Shown: in pieces, positions 1 to 13,561 of the stretch
How positions within the stretch are numbered: position 1 is the stretch's first letter
How the letters are laid out: each line of letters starts with the position of its first letter
Assembly (NCBI RefSeq): GCF_008831285.2
Contig: NC_045138.2
Span: forward strand, 42,036,001 to 42,100,000
DNA length: 64,000 bases
Reading direction: 5' to 3'
Source of the DNA: Nymphaea colorata
Lineage: Eukaryota
Translations under genes and position numbers: made by a program
Notes under the pieces: generated by a model
What the model was told of the DNA's origin: nothing
The model's input: only the letters and a program-made list of their open reading frames with translations
Databases searched by the model: none

Positions 1-1158
1 ACTTCTCTGTACAGATTTAGGTACAAGGCATGCAAACAACAAAGCAGAATACAGTAGAGGCCAGACGGTAGAGAAAAGAGGAGCCTGAACTTGGATGAGC
101 CTTCTAGTCTTTCCTCTCCTTCGCTTGGGGCTCAATACTAAAAGTTATACATAAAGTAAGAAGAGTATGGCGACAGGAAGAAGAAACAAGCAAACCTTCC
201 CTCTCCAACTCAAAGTCAAAATACGTCGTACATAAAAAAGAGGGAAATGCAGGAATCGAGAAACGGGAAAGGGGAAGGAGATGATTCCAGAGCACAGGCA
301 CAAAATGAAGAAATTGGGATTTCCAGAGCACAGGCACAAATTGAAGAAATTGAGATTTACCTGATAACAGAAAGTGACGATGACGACTCGACCAGCGAAG
401 TGGACCGCCTCTCCTTCCCTCACCGGCCTGCACAAAAAGCCTTCACTCTTCTAGTGTCACTCCTCAAGCCTTCACAGATCTGCACAAAATATTGGCTGCT
501 TTTCACGGCTGACGAACAGCGACGAGATCGAGAGAGAGAGAGAGAGAGATGGTTACCTATGGTGGAGAGGCAGAGATGCACAGATCTGATGAGGATCTGA
601 TCTATGGCAGCGAGCAAGATGAGGTCGTTCTGCGAGAGAGACGAGGAGGGTAGCAGGAGAGTGAGAGGGCGAGAGAGACAACGAGGGGAGAAGGAGACTC
701 AGAGGGTGAGAGAGACAACGAGGGGAGAAGGAGACTCAGAGGGCAAGAGAGACGCAGAGGGGATCAGGAGAGTGAAAGGGCGAGAGAGAGGACGAGGGAG
801 CAGGAGAGTGAAAGGGCAAGAGAGAGGACGAGGGAGCAGGAGAGTGAGGGAGAAAGAGACGACGACCAGCAACTCGGAACGAAGGCGAGGAGGCAGCTGT
901 GCGCCTGTGGCAGGAGGGAGAGGCAGGCGCTGTGTGGGTGGGAGGTGAAGGCGAAGGGTGGGTTCCCAAGGGGCAGAAAAATAAACCCGGGTTTATTTTT
1001 CCACCCCTCGCCGAGCAAACAAGTTTCCGGAAATATATTTCTGGAAACGCGTTTAACGGGCATTTTTTTCATTCCGCGTTTGATAAACGAGGAAACTTTT
1101 TAAAATTTGAAATTTATCTCCCTTGCTACAGTGGATTTCCGGCCCGTCAAACGCCCCT
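1..1158. mobile_element. Probable right end of a non-autonomous PIF/Harbinger-like element (left end outside window)
   Basis: Ends in GTCAAACGCCCCT (reverse complement AGGGGCGTTTGAC), similar to the TIR of the 39288-42976 element and to GGNNCGTTTG-type Harbinger/Tourist termini. Interior has GA-rich degenerate repeats (~630-860) and a 36-bp duplication from 286. Only one terminus is visible. Confidence 0.45.
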
Positions 1159-1189
1159 CTAGCATCTCTTTCCACAAAGCAGCAAATGG

Positions 1190-1244
1190 CTGACCAGGAG
1201 AAACGACATTTCAATACTGACCAGGAGAAACGACATTTCAATAC
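1190..1244. repeat. Perfect 27-bp tandem duplication
   Basis: CTGACCAGGAGAAACGACATTTCAATA at 1190-1216 and 1217-1243. Confidence 0.95.
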
Positions 1245-2695
1245 TTCAATATCATCCTCTATGAAGATAACCCTTGGTCTCCCCTTCACTGTTAGTACGC
1301 GTAGCAGAGGCCTATTCTCATCCTCGTTATTGAGTTCCTGGGTGAGTTTTTCCGTCCAAAACTTTAGAGATGAGCGACTATTCAGGTATGTTGAGTCGCA
1401 CTCCCTCTTCAACATGGGGTTTGATCCATCCTCCTTTTTGATGGGTTGTTCATCTCTCAAGCAATATATTTTATTCTTTCTACTATGTATTTGGGGCACA
1501 ACATCACTGAAGCACATGCCAGCGGGAGTCAAAACCCAATGGTCTTCCATATTTTCTTCTTTTGGGTCACCCCCTACACACTGAAATCTATCAACTCCAT
1601 GTTGTTGGAGCATTCTGGCTGAAATCCTTGTTGGAGGCCCAACTACCTTAACTACTGTGTGAAGCAGTGGGTGGCAACCAACCCTCCCTCACTTATGACG
1701 ATACTGGCCTCTGTTTTAAGATGACACAACTTCTTGACTCTTAACCATCTCCCGTAAATTGAGTTAATTATCGCATTGATCATGAACTTCACTTGGATCA
1801 ATTGTGACAATGCCATAATTGAAATTCAACCATACCATACAATGCAGCATAAGTGTACAAGGATTTGGGAAATTTTTTGCCTATATAGTTAGCTATGGCA
1901 CGATTTGTCCTACGATATAATATAATATCTGCTTGCATAATTGGCCCATGGCTTGACCTATCCTAAATAGATAGTGTGCGGTACTCTATATTAGTACAGA
2001 ATTAAATAACTAACTAGAACAGAACCATATCATATGTATAAACAAAATCAAAATGTATAAAGATCAACCCATATATACAACATACCACAAGTCAAACACA
2101 TGGCATTAACGTATACATCAAAGCCCTTGTACAAACCGAAAATGTAGGGCAAATAATGTGGCATCATCACATCTCACTAGAATCACACCATTCCTTGACG
2201 GCCACTGTGATGAGCGAGTACCATTGTCTGCCTGATGGGATTATTGATCAGTATAATAAATAAGTATGATCAAATTTCTAGTTTCTCCTACAACTAAATT
2301 GAGATCTAGTGTAGCTTTGTAGGAAACGAGGCTGGTACCAGTTATGTAGCGTAGATAATATCGTTTATGGTAAGACTATATGGTAATCAATCATTCCAAG
2401 AGAGAAATATAAGTCATACTTGAGAATGCAAGTTAACAACAAAATATTTTAAACAAACATGCACACACCCGCTTGAGCAATAGATTTGGTGCCACCCCCA
2501 CCTCGGGTGCTTAAGGTGGACCACCGGACACTCAAACAACTTATAGTCCAAAATACTAAGTCACTGGGAAAGGCATGCGGTGACCACTACCATGACTCCA
2601 AGTTCGCTGAGATCAGTTATGCTACTGCAGTAGCACATCCCACAAATCATGGTGTCACAAGGGGGATGAACTCCTTTTTAGTAGTTTAAAGAAGG

Positions 2696-2698
<3 letters not shown>

Positions 2699-2755
<57 letters not shown>
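2699..2755. repeat. (TA)n microsatellite
   Basis: Uninterrupted TA run. Other TA runs near 3053, 3402, 38033, 48334 and 54424. Confidence 0.97.
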
Positions 2756-2757
<2 letters not shown>

Positions 2758-5700
2758 AGAAGGATGAGGATCTAAGTGTATAATTGTTTTTTAACACGAT
2801 TTTTTGAAGCGATTTGGACACATAATAGAGATTTTGATGATGTTGAGAAGGTTTAGAACCATTTGAAAATATGCTTCTATTGATGTGCATATATGTCGTA
2901 TATTGAGAATCTCAATTTCGGGATAGACGCATCAACAATGGAAGCAAGGGAGAGACGGATTAGTGATTGGTTCAAATAAAAAACGCGGAGCTTCAATCAT
3001 TTGGTGACAACCTCAAAGAGTTGGAAAGAGGCCTATTGAAGGGCTTTGTAAGTATATATATATATATATATATATCTGCCTGACTAAGAAACTAGACCTC
3101 TTAAATTTGTGTTAGAAAGTGTTTTAAACAGAATGTGAACCTCTTCTTTTGTATTTCTAAACACTAATTTAATATAAATCATACTTCAGTTCAAGTTATT
3201 TTTGTAAAAAAGGTCTTTTTGTTATTAAAATTTTGATGTTGTAAGAGGTATAAGGAAAAACAGATCTTTCTACTATCAGGCTTGATTTTTATTATATGTT
3301 GTTAACATCATATCTATAAGGCTAGATTGCAAAAAATTTATTTTAATAAATAGTTTTAATGGGTTTTGTGTTTGTCTAGGTTTGGGTTTTTCTAACTTTT
3401 CTATATATATATATATATATATATATACCGTTCTCAGATTTTTGTCGGCAAGGTTTTTCTCGGGCAGTTTTTGGCAAAGCTATTTTTTTTTCAAAAAATA
3501 TTGAAAAAATCTCAGTGATTTTAAAAAAGTAAAAGTTTGTCAAAATTAAGTAAAAATAAAATAAATAAGAAACTAATATAAGAGCATCAAAAAAACTAAC
3601 TAGATGAGCAAGAAATGAAAATTAAAAAATGAAACTGGCACTTTAATAAATAACAACAACACAGGTTATCTAATGGGATGCTTTTCTGAGTTTCCAGCAA
3701 CCCTCACCTTCAATGCAGGTTATCATTCGTCACTCTTCAAATCCTCACGTGTCAAAAGAAGCTTCCTCACTTCTCAAATCCTCATCCAAGAGCCAGACAC
3801 TCGGTAAAAGGTTAGGCACAGCTGGAAGATGCAGCTTCCACTCTCACGTCTCACTTGAAATGTAAAGTTAATAAACCCTATTTACTAAAAGTTAGATTTA
3901 AATACCCTTTTTGTCAATAAAAAGAAATTTCAGCTCAAAAAATACCCTTTGTTTCTTTGCTTTTAACATGTTATACCCTTTTTTAGCTAAAAGAATTCAT
4001 TGCACGCAGTTTTTAAGAATTAAAACCGTGCGCAAGATCATATAAACAACACACAATTCAGTAGCGAAAAAATGTGATTTCATCGCAATATTATCGATAA
4101 ATATTTTTTGCCGATATTTTCAAAATATTAAGATTTTTGATGTTTTTCCGTTTCCTCCTTTTTAAACTTTATATCACGATATTTTCAAAAATATCGCAAT
4201 ATATGTGACAACTGCTTGGGCCCCCCTGCCTCTACCCATTGCGGGTAGAGGTTTTCCTCTGGGTAGAGGAAACGAGAGGGGGATTCCATCCCCCTTGCCA
4301 CTGGACGGCGAAGACCGTCGGGCTGCACCGACCACTGCATGATAGCTGCCATCTGGCGGCAGGGGGGGATGAAATCCCCCCTCTTCCATTCTTCAAGATG
4401 AGGGGATGGCCGGCCATCAGGCGGTGGCGACAGCGTGATGGCTACTTCCGGGCGGTGGTGGGGAGGGCTTCCTCCTCCCCCTTCATCTTCTTCTTCCCCA
4501 TCATGCAACTATGGCAAACAAGTAAAAAATAAATAAAAAAAGCCGTCCATCAACGATCTGATTTTTATGTCCCCATCTGTTATGAGAGAACTAAACTCTT
4601 CCAACATTGTTATTCCAAGGGAGACTTATGTTTAAGTTCTCAGCTCAAAACATTTTGGTTCAAAAATTTCACTAAATGGGTGTCACTGTCATATGCTTTA
4701 ATAAAATCTAATCAAAATTAACGGTTGCTTTGCTTAAATTAATATACATGTAATACCAATTACAGAGAAACTCGATGATGTATCTAATCAAGAAAAATTG
4801 AGACTTCAAAAGGGAAAGCAAAAGAAATTACACTTGAAAATTTTTGTGTTTTAGTATCTGGTGACAAGTTCTGTTGTTTTCACGTATTAGTTTTCATAAT
4901 TTCTAATTAGTTGTCAATGGCTTGATCTAACTCAGTTTCCATAATCTGCCATCAGTTGGGGACAAGATCAATCCAAAAGGTTTGTTCCTCACTGGATTGA
5001 TATCTTTCCCTTAACTATTTGTTGAGCTTTGTGCGAAGCCTAGAATTCACTTTAACAACCTATAAGCATGCAAAGTTAACCTTATGCCATTAACTTTGAG
5101 TATATAACATGCATCTAAATCCTTTCTGTTGCATAATATTAGGTGAGAATACCTTGAAATAATTTAAATTGCACACTTCCACAAGATGGGAATATTTGAC
5201 TGTATCAACATGTTAAGTTTGATTCATCTACAATGATTGTGGATTATGCAAAGGACATGGATTTTTAACTCAAACATGTAGATTTGATATGGATTTATCA
5301 TTATTAGAGAGATACTCATAAGGACTGCAATGGCTAGTACTACTCAACATGAAGTCACCAAATATCTACAAGGCACAAAGTTTTAGTAAAAATAAACACA
5401 GTCTAGCCTGGCATATCTATGCAGAAAATAAATCTAAATTTGATTAATAGCCATAGAATTTGGTACAGGACAACTGAATTTCCTAAAATTGAAAAGAAGT
5501 AGTCGTTGTAGGGAGATGCCACATTCAATTGATAGATGTTTCTTTAATATTTCAGAAAATTCATGTACTCACCTCTACCAAAATCCAAATCGCTTCTAAT
5601 TTTCCTGAATGAGGTGATCTCTCCAACCCCAAATCTGAACTCCACTTTGGCTTTATCAATTTATAATATGTAATGATGATAGATTTAGAAATGAAAATGA

Positions 5701-6370
5701 AACCGCTGGTACAAGAAAATAATCATATGAATCAATGCATACCTTCAGCTCATCATGAACAGAATCAATGAATTGATAAAGAAGGCTTTGATGAGCTATC
5801 AAGGAATCTATGAATTGAGAGGGATATTTTCCACGAGCTATTGGTAGAGAGAGATGCTTCATTATACATCGGATGGCGATCTGAAAATATTTGGGGTTCT
5901 TTGACTCAATCTGCATATGCTTGGGCTTAAGCAATGTACGTGGTGAGGGAGCAGTGCCAATATCATCAATCGGCAGGAAATAAGCACGAGATCAATGCAA
6001 GACTGGTCTGTCCAAAAAAATCTGGGTTCAGAGAGAGTAGAGATAGAGAGAAACAATCAAAGATGGAGAGAAAAAAAGATGGATTGAGAGAGTGAGGACT
6101 AAGCATGAGGCATTTGAGAGAGAGGCAAAGATAGAGATTGATAGAAGGGGGAGATGGAGAGGGCAGACTGAATGAAAAGAAGGGTAGGTGCACAATTTAA
6201 GAGAGGAATGCTCATTTATAGTAATAGAGAAAAACTTAGGAATGGTTATGACCGGTCCAAGGGATCCATTCCTATATTGCATAACTGTAGCAGTGGATGC
6301 TGATCTTGTCTCTTAATGAGTTAAACCAAGTTTTAGAAAGCAATTTATCAATGATATCAGACACTTGCTC

Positions 6371-8322
6371 TTAGCTAGGCAAATATCCAACCATCAAATG
6401 CTTTTTAACAGTATGATACCCAATGAAATGCACATCAATTTCAATATGACTAGCATGATTATGAAACACAAGGTCGGCAGTCAAGTAGCTGGCCCTCACA
6501 CATGAGCTAAGGATGCATGGAAGCAGGAAACTAGATTTTCCAAATGACATGAGTGAACAAAATGGTTTCAGTAGCATCACTAACTAGAGCCCATATCGCT
6601 TCCATATTGGCCCAATCTAGTGTGGCATATTATTAGACCACGAAATGTGCGATTGATCAAGAAATATAGTAAATCCATCAATAGACTTGTGGTTATCATG
6701 ATCACTTGGCCAACCAACACGTGAGAAAGTATTGAGAAGAATAGAACAAGGATCCAAGAAAAGACCATGTGCAACAGTGTGCTTGATATATCATGAGACA
6801 TGCTTGAAAACAATATAATGAATATTACCAGGCAAAAAGTAAAATATAAGTGAGTGATTGAAACCTTGTGATATTGGAATTAGCGAGAAGCATGCCATCA
6901 GTTTGGAATAGGTTAGTGCGATTGCCATAGGAGTGGCAATTGGTTTTGCTCCAAGCATGCTGGTAGTTGTAGAAGTTCAAACGTACTATTGTGTGAGGAG
7001 AATATCAATTGGAAGAATATGTCTCAACACCCAAAAAGTAAATCGGTTGCTGAAATCTTTGATTGAAAATTTTGGCTAAAGTTGTTGAAGATCTTTAATA
7101 AGAGCCATGAAGGAGATGATAACCAGTATGTCATCAACATAAATAGAAAAAAACAAAATCTGCTTTTACTTGCAGCACATGAAAAGAGAAGTATCGATCT
7201 TAGAACCCTCAGAACCACATAAACCAAAAAGGTGGTAAGGAATTGAAACCATGTATGAGGAGCTTGCTTAAGCCCATAGTTAGCCATGTGAAGTGTGCAC
7301 GCATGTTGAGAAAATTTGTGATCCACAAAACCTTGGGAGCTGAACCATATAGCCATCTTCATGCCCTTGCTTTTAGTGCGAACAGTAGGCAACACCTTTG
7401 AGAGGTGTATTATGACACTTCAATTCACCATGCCCTTTCTTTCTACATATATCTCTGGTTACCACAATCAAGGCAAACATTGTTCCACTTGAAATAGAGA
7501 AGTTGTAAAGCCAATTTGTATTGCCTCAATTTGATTCTTTTCATTTGTTGAATCAATTAAAGCCACCTTTTTGATTTGCATTATTATTATTGCTAGCGTG
7601 CATGAATGTCAATTTAGAGATAGGAAATTTGGTATCACTATGTTCTTGTATATCAGTTTTATGAGTAAGCAACATTCTTTTTCAAGGCTCACAGGATCTG
7701 GTCTAATTTTCCAGGGAATTTTAATGACTCCATATTTATTCATAGGAAGACCATTAATGATTTGAACAACTAAATCATCATCCTCAATAGGTTTAGAGGC
7801 TAGCACAAGCCGTGTGCAACATTTTAGCTTTTGAGAAATAGTATCATTTTCAATTTATGAAGCCGATAATTCAATTGTTGGACTTTGGTATGAGATTTTG
7901 TTGTGCATATCTTTTTAAGAGAATGCCAAATAGTAAACAATTTTTTCATACTAACAACTTGACTTTGGATAGTTTCTATCATGATGATAGGATCCAAGGA
8001 GAAGTTGGTCCATCCCTGTCCATTCCTCACAGGTAGGAGTTGGCAAAGCTTCTTTTCTAGCTTTAGCAAGAAGAAATATAGTCAAACAAGGGTTAGTTCT
8101 ATAATCTCATCAAATTAAAACTTTTACTGTAGATTGACCAAGGCAGCAACAATGACACCTATGTTGCTGCTCTTGTTGCTTGAGTTGGTAGCATTGTTTG
8201 TCCAGTTATTTGTTGTCATTGGAAAGAAGAGAAGCATGTAACAAACAAATGTTCTAAAACAGGTTGTAACATAGATTTGACGTTGGATGAGCATGAGGTG
8301 AATCACACAAGCTCTGATACCA
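6371..8322 (-). mobile_element. Degenerate, internally deleted Ty1/copia remnant
   Basis: Minus-strand order: Met-tRNA PBS (8311-8322), gag-like LASKPIEDDDLVVQIINGLP (~7610-8070), RT-like GFVD...YGLKQAPHTWF (~7020-7330), RNaseH-like FHNHASHIEIDVHF (~6370-6480). Many stops and frameshifts. No protease/integrase segment and no paired LTRs recognised. Confidence 0.8.
8311..8322 (-). other. Primer-binding site (initiator tRNA-Met)
   Basis: GCTCTGATACCA, i.e. TGGTATCAGAGC on the minus strand, upstream of the gag remnant. Confidence 0.85.
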
Positions 8323-9841
8323 TATCAGAGTTGCAAAGGCAATGTACAAAGAATTTGAACATATGCAAAGGCACAATTTGACGTGGTTTAACTATAGAAG
8401 CCTATGCCCATGATTAACATTCTTTCACTCTCTTCATAGTTTTTATAAGAGGAGAGGTTCCTTTATCTTGCAGTATATTCTTGACAATGCATTCAGATCC
8501 TTTCTTTTTGGATGAAAATATGATTTACAACAAGATAAGGCAAGTACGTTGTGAAATGTTTCAGCCTTTCTCTTTGAGCAGATTGAATGGTTTCATTGTG
8601 ATCTTCTCCAACTATAGAAAATTCTATTCGGCTTATCGTCGGGTTGTTTATGTGCTGGTGCAGAGATATGAAGTTGATGACGTGATTATCCTTAACAAAA
8701 GCAAATCTCCAAGTAGTCATTCATTTGAAGCTTGTATTCTAGGTAGGCCGATAATGAAAGAGTGATGAATTTACTATGACATTAGAGGGAGTAAATTGCT
8801 TTTTTTTTTTTTGTTATTGGATGTTAATTGTTTACTTTATTAAGAGGCAGATTTAAAAATTTATCCATGAAATATTTCCATGCTCATCAAACACTTGGAA
8901 ACTTTTGGAGAATTTCTTTATCCCATCAAATGCAACTTGTACTACACTAAATTTGTCTTTTAACAACACCTATGTCCCAACACACGGAAAGACATATGTT
9001 GGCTTTGTCTACACTAATGCACGGATCACCCATATGGTTTAATGGGAATTAATTCATCATTATTGCATTGTCCTTGTTTAAAAACCAACTCCAGATAAAC
9101 AAAATGACTGTGAAAACCCCATGGCTGTAATATTTCCCGTTCCCCCTCTCTCACCCTCTGTCCACGTCCATTGTCAGCAGTATAATGAAACTGGGGGAAC
9201 CGCACGTGGTTCCTCTTGTGGTGCTGGTGGCAAACATAAAGGACCTTGCTCCCAATGCTAAATGAAGAAACAATAATAGTGTAGTGTTGGTCTAATCATG
9301 TCCTAGTTGCCGATTTCTGATGGTATGCTAGGCGTCAGAGTTTTCAAAAGAAGATTTCTGATGCATTAAGTCATCATGTTTTTTCTGACTTTGGCATTCA
9401 GATGCCCTAATTTGATTGTGCTGAGGTCAGCAATATGCATTGGCACTGCAATTTAATTGATCAGCAGTGAACCTGCGTCAATGTTAAGGATTTAATGTGA
9501 CAGAGGAGTAGTTAATGCTGAGGATGTGCAGCTGATGGCCTTCACTTCTTTTAGAGATTAGGGTCAAACATGGCTGGCTAGAATTGACATAGAGAGTGTT
9601 CAAGGAGTTGCATGAAAGAAACATATTGCCTTGGACTGCACTTCTTAGTGGCTTTGAAAGACAAACTAGTTAATATAACATTTGATGAGGAAAATTTTGT
9701 CCCTTTGGGTTGATCTATAGACTATTTCAGTCACACCTTAAAAGGGTAAAAATGCAACTCTTGAATGCACTAGTTGTCACACTCCAAGCCTTTGACCCTC
9801 AAATAATCTTTTTCTCTTTGTTAGAACATAAAACATTGAGG

Positions 9842-12800
9842 TGTGACGACACAACGATTCAAAATGAAAAGAGCTATGCAAATCAAAGACAATGTGCAAA
9901 CTTTTCATTATATAATAAATTCCATTCATACAAAATTATTTCACATTTTTCAATATCACATATGACAAAAATACCACTAAAACCACAACATTGATTCATA
10001 ACAAAAGCATGACATCAATGAAACCAAAACATGATGTGCTGGCACTACAATAGACCCAAAATCTTTCAAGTAGAATGTGAGTTGAGCCATCTGATCAACC
10101 TGCTGCCCTAGGTTTGCCAAAACCTAAAAAAGGAAAACAACAGAAGGCTTAGCTTTCGCAATATGGCAAAACACTAGATAAATCCTAACCCTCTAAGGTA
10201 AGGGCTCGAATATGGGATAAAACAAATACGATAACAAAACACTATCATGTCGTGATAGGAGCATGCAGTTACATGACTTGTCTTGAAAGACCCTCACATA
10301 TACCATGACATGTAAAGGCCACTCAATGGCTATAATTAACACATTTAATAATCACGTCCACTTCAAGAATTTTCACTTTATTCACATACACTTCATTTAC
10401 ATCATTTTTATTTACATTAGCTTTAGTGAATTGACAATTCCTGTGGGTGCAAACACAGACACATGCACACCATGAGTGACCTACAGTCGGGAGACAACTC
10501 CGTGGTGGCCCGAAACGATATAGATCCATTTACGCAGCAATGGTAGAGCAATCATTCATAGGTGTGTGAATTCTAATTAGAGTTGTTCAGCCTTCCCTAG
10601 GAAACCCAGGTTGGGAAAGCGGGAGCCCAATGCTCCAAGCACATCATACACGATATCCTAGGGCTTTGCACCACCTGTACTCCAAACAGGTGAGACCAGT
10701 GGTGAAGGTGGGACATCTCTCAAACACATTGCTCTGTCCTCATATCTATTATTCTTTCTTACTTATCATTATGATAGTACATTCACAAAATGAGCAGCTA
10801 GCAAATGAGGTTGGTTCACTTCACGAGTGCACTCATACCTTCGAATGCCTCCACACGAGGGCTACACATGTAGTCCACATTCTTAGCTAACTTTACGAGT
10901 GCAACTACCCTTCAAATTCATTCAATTATATCATGCCTGCAGTAGTGCATATGGAACTTATTATAACATTCACATCAATCGAATACATCAATCACATCTT
11001 TCAAAACTTAGCTGAACCATAGAGAGTAGTCTCGATCCGTGATTGGCTTATAGCTGTTCTATACAATTATCATTTTAGGATGCTTTCTAATGCTTAATCG
11101 GAGTCGAAGAGATACTCAACTTGATGTCCTACCTCATTTGTCCTAAGAAGTTATCATTGTTAGCATGCACATGCAATTGCCTAGTAATTTTTTGAAAACA
11201 AAACCAATCTCATAACAATTCAATCACTTGCATACATTCATTCAATCATAACACAAACATAGGATCCAACGATCCTGAATGGCCCACATTCTAAAGTTGG
11301 CTCAAGGTAGGAATTTGCCTGGAATGCCACCATACCTATCGCGCATCGCCAAAATATCCAAAACACCTCGAGCTTTGAATTGTGTCTCTCAAGGACTACT
11401 CAACATGTCTGGTGTACCAGCAAATAAAGTCAAGCGATAAGATTTCTACTTGTTCCGCTTTCACAATCTATACAAGTGGAAACAAAATCATTGAGGCATA
11501 GGTCATTGCCTCAAGAGGGTGTCGGCAGGTAGCATCAGCCCACAAAGCCCTCAAATAGGTTTCTTCTCAAAATTTTGAGGTTTTGACCAAACAATTTAAG
11601 CTTCAAGCTTTCAATTCAACCAATCACTAATGTGTTTCTCACTCGCTTTTATAGTTGAAGCGTCTTTCCAATAATTTTACATACTTTTTTCCAACCAACA
11701 ATGCAATATGGACATCGACAATAGCATGTGCCATTGTTTTCAACAGTGGTTCTAAACCTTCTAAACCGCATCAAATCTCTATCATGCTTCTAATCACATC
11801 GAATATTAATCCATCATAATAGAAAGATAATTATATACATGGATCATTGTTCCTCCAAAATAGTCCTAGACCTTCCCCAAAATAGCAATGTCACTAACAT
11901 GCATTCTAAATCTTCCAATCTTGAGTCTAGTATGCTTAAAGAATAATTATACATGCACTAGAAAAATATTAGTCAATTTAGGCTCGATTAGGCCTTGCTC
12001 ACCCCACTCTTAGAGTCCAAATTACTGCAATGTTTCCGGCAGCCACCCCAAATGCTCAATTGATCCGCAAGCAGCTAAAATCATACCATGTCGTCACCAC
12101 CAATGCCTTCGATTCGCTGTTAATGAGGGAAAAGACGTGTCCCTCAATCTGCAATTCCGATCAAACATCACCAAATAGAGTGAGAATAAGCAAAAGAAAG
12201 TTCAAAAGGAGGGATTGTCGTTAGAAAGGGCATTCAATGAAGTCACATGTGGTTCAGCTAAGGGAGATTGAAGATGAGAGGGCATACATGTGAGGGCCTG
12301 AGTGAAGAGACACCACATGGGAGGGACGCAGTAATGGACAGACGAAAGAGAGGGAAACATAGGGTTCGGGTGAGGGAAAAAGACATGAGAGAGAGAGAGA
12401 GAGAGAGAGTGGGTGTAGAGTGAGTGCTCGATTTAGGAGAGGGAAAGACAATGAGAGGGGACTGGCAATGGAGAGAGGGTAGCGTAGGAGGGAAACTATG
12501 CAGGAGAGAGCTGGCCGAGGAGAATGAGAAGGGGATGTGAGTGAGAGAGTGCAGACAGAGAGGGGAAAGAGCTTGCGGAGGTGAGAGAGGGATTCGACAG
12601 AGAAGAATCGGCGCAAAGGGAGAGGCGACAGAAAACCGTGAGGGAGGGAGGAGGAGAAGAAAGAAGAAATAAGAGAGAGAAATGAGGCGAGCTTACCTCA
12701 ATGCCGCCACACCTCCGCCGCTCCTTTTTCCACCTTCTTCTTATCTGCATTCGATGGACGCCTGCGAAAGGGGAGGGCAACAAAGAGGGAGAGAGAGGGG

Positions 12801-12899
12801 AAGTGGAACCCACATCGGGCTTCCTCTTTGAGTAATGAGGTTCGAGTCCGGGTTTGGATCCTGATCCAATCTGACTTGCTTGAAACGAAAGTCGTTACA
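9842..12899 (-). mobile_element. 3' LTR (3058 bp) of a Ty3/gypsy chromovirus, Tekay/Del-like
   Basis: Bounded by inverted termini TGTGACGAC (9842) and GTCGTTACA (12899). On the minus strand it directly follows a polypurine tract AAAGAGGGTAGGA and the end of pol. The long LTR fits the Tekay lineage. Confidence 0.8.
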
Positions 12900-13480
12900 T
12901 CCTACCCTCTTTAAATAAAAGTTCGTATTCGAAATTTAGATCATACTTCAATGCAAGAATATGTGTAGATACTTCTTTCGCATATTATCTTCGAAGTTCC
13001 CATGTGCTCTTCTTCAACGCATGGTGTTGCCATTCCACTTTTACTAGAGGAATTCTCTTAGTGCAAAATACTTGTTCTCTTTGATCCATAATTTTAATAG
13101 GCTTTTCTTCAATCATCAAATCATCTTGCACTTGGATACCTTGAAAGTCAATCACATATGTAGGATCCAGTACATACTTTCGAAGCATGAAAACATAGAA
13201 AACGTCATGAATATGACTCCAATAGGTGGTAGTGCCAATTTGTATGCCACCTTTCCGACCTTCTCTAATATCTCAAAAGGTCCAATGAATCTTGGGCTCA
13301 ACTTTCCCTTAATACTAAATCAAAAAAACACTTTAGTAGGTGAAATTTTCAAGAACACATGATTACCAACATCAAAAGCCGATTCTCTTGTGTCGAATGT
13401 CGGGATAACTCTTCAGTGTACTCTGAACTGTCAATAACTTTTTCCTTATTAATTGTATTTGGTCGGTGTAATGCTACAAT
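12900..13480 (-). pseudogene. C-terminal integrase/chromodomain fragment of gypsy pol, plus PPT
   Basis: Translates to QIQLIRKKLLTVQS..KSY, KLSPRFIGPFEILEKVGKVAYKLALP and MLRKYVLDPTYV...KRIPLVKVEWQHH...STWELR, with stops. The rest of the element is absent. Confidence 0.88.
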
Positions 13481-13561
13481 GCTAAAGGGTTTTCGATCTT
13501 GCCATTAAGGCTGGGCATCGGGCCGGCCCGATAAAAATGTAAAAATGAAGCCCAATAACCT

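Noticed and set aside
104..1072. Overlapping ORFs of 65-117 aa
   Set aside because: Products of GA/CT low-complexity sequence with no recognisable domain.
1053..1613. 186-aa and 153-aa ORFs on opposite strands
   Set aside because: No recognisable motif; both cross the probable transposon boundary at ~1158.
4067..4214. Possible hAT MITE with CGATAT motifs
   Set aside because: Termini match only weakly and no TSD could be shown.
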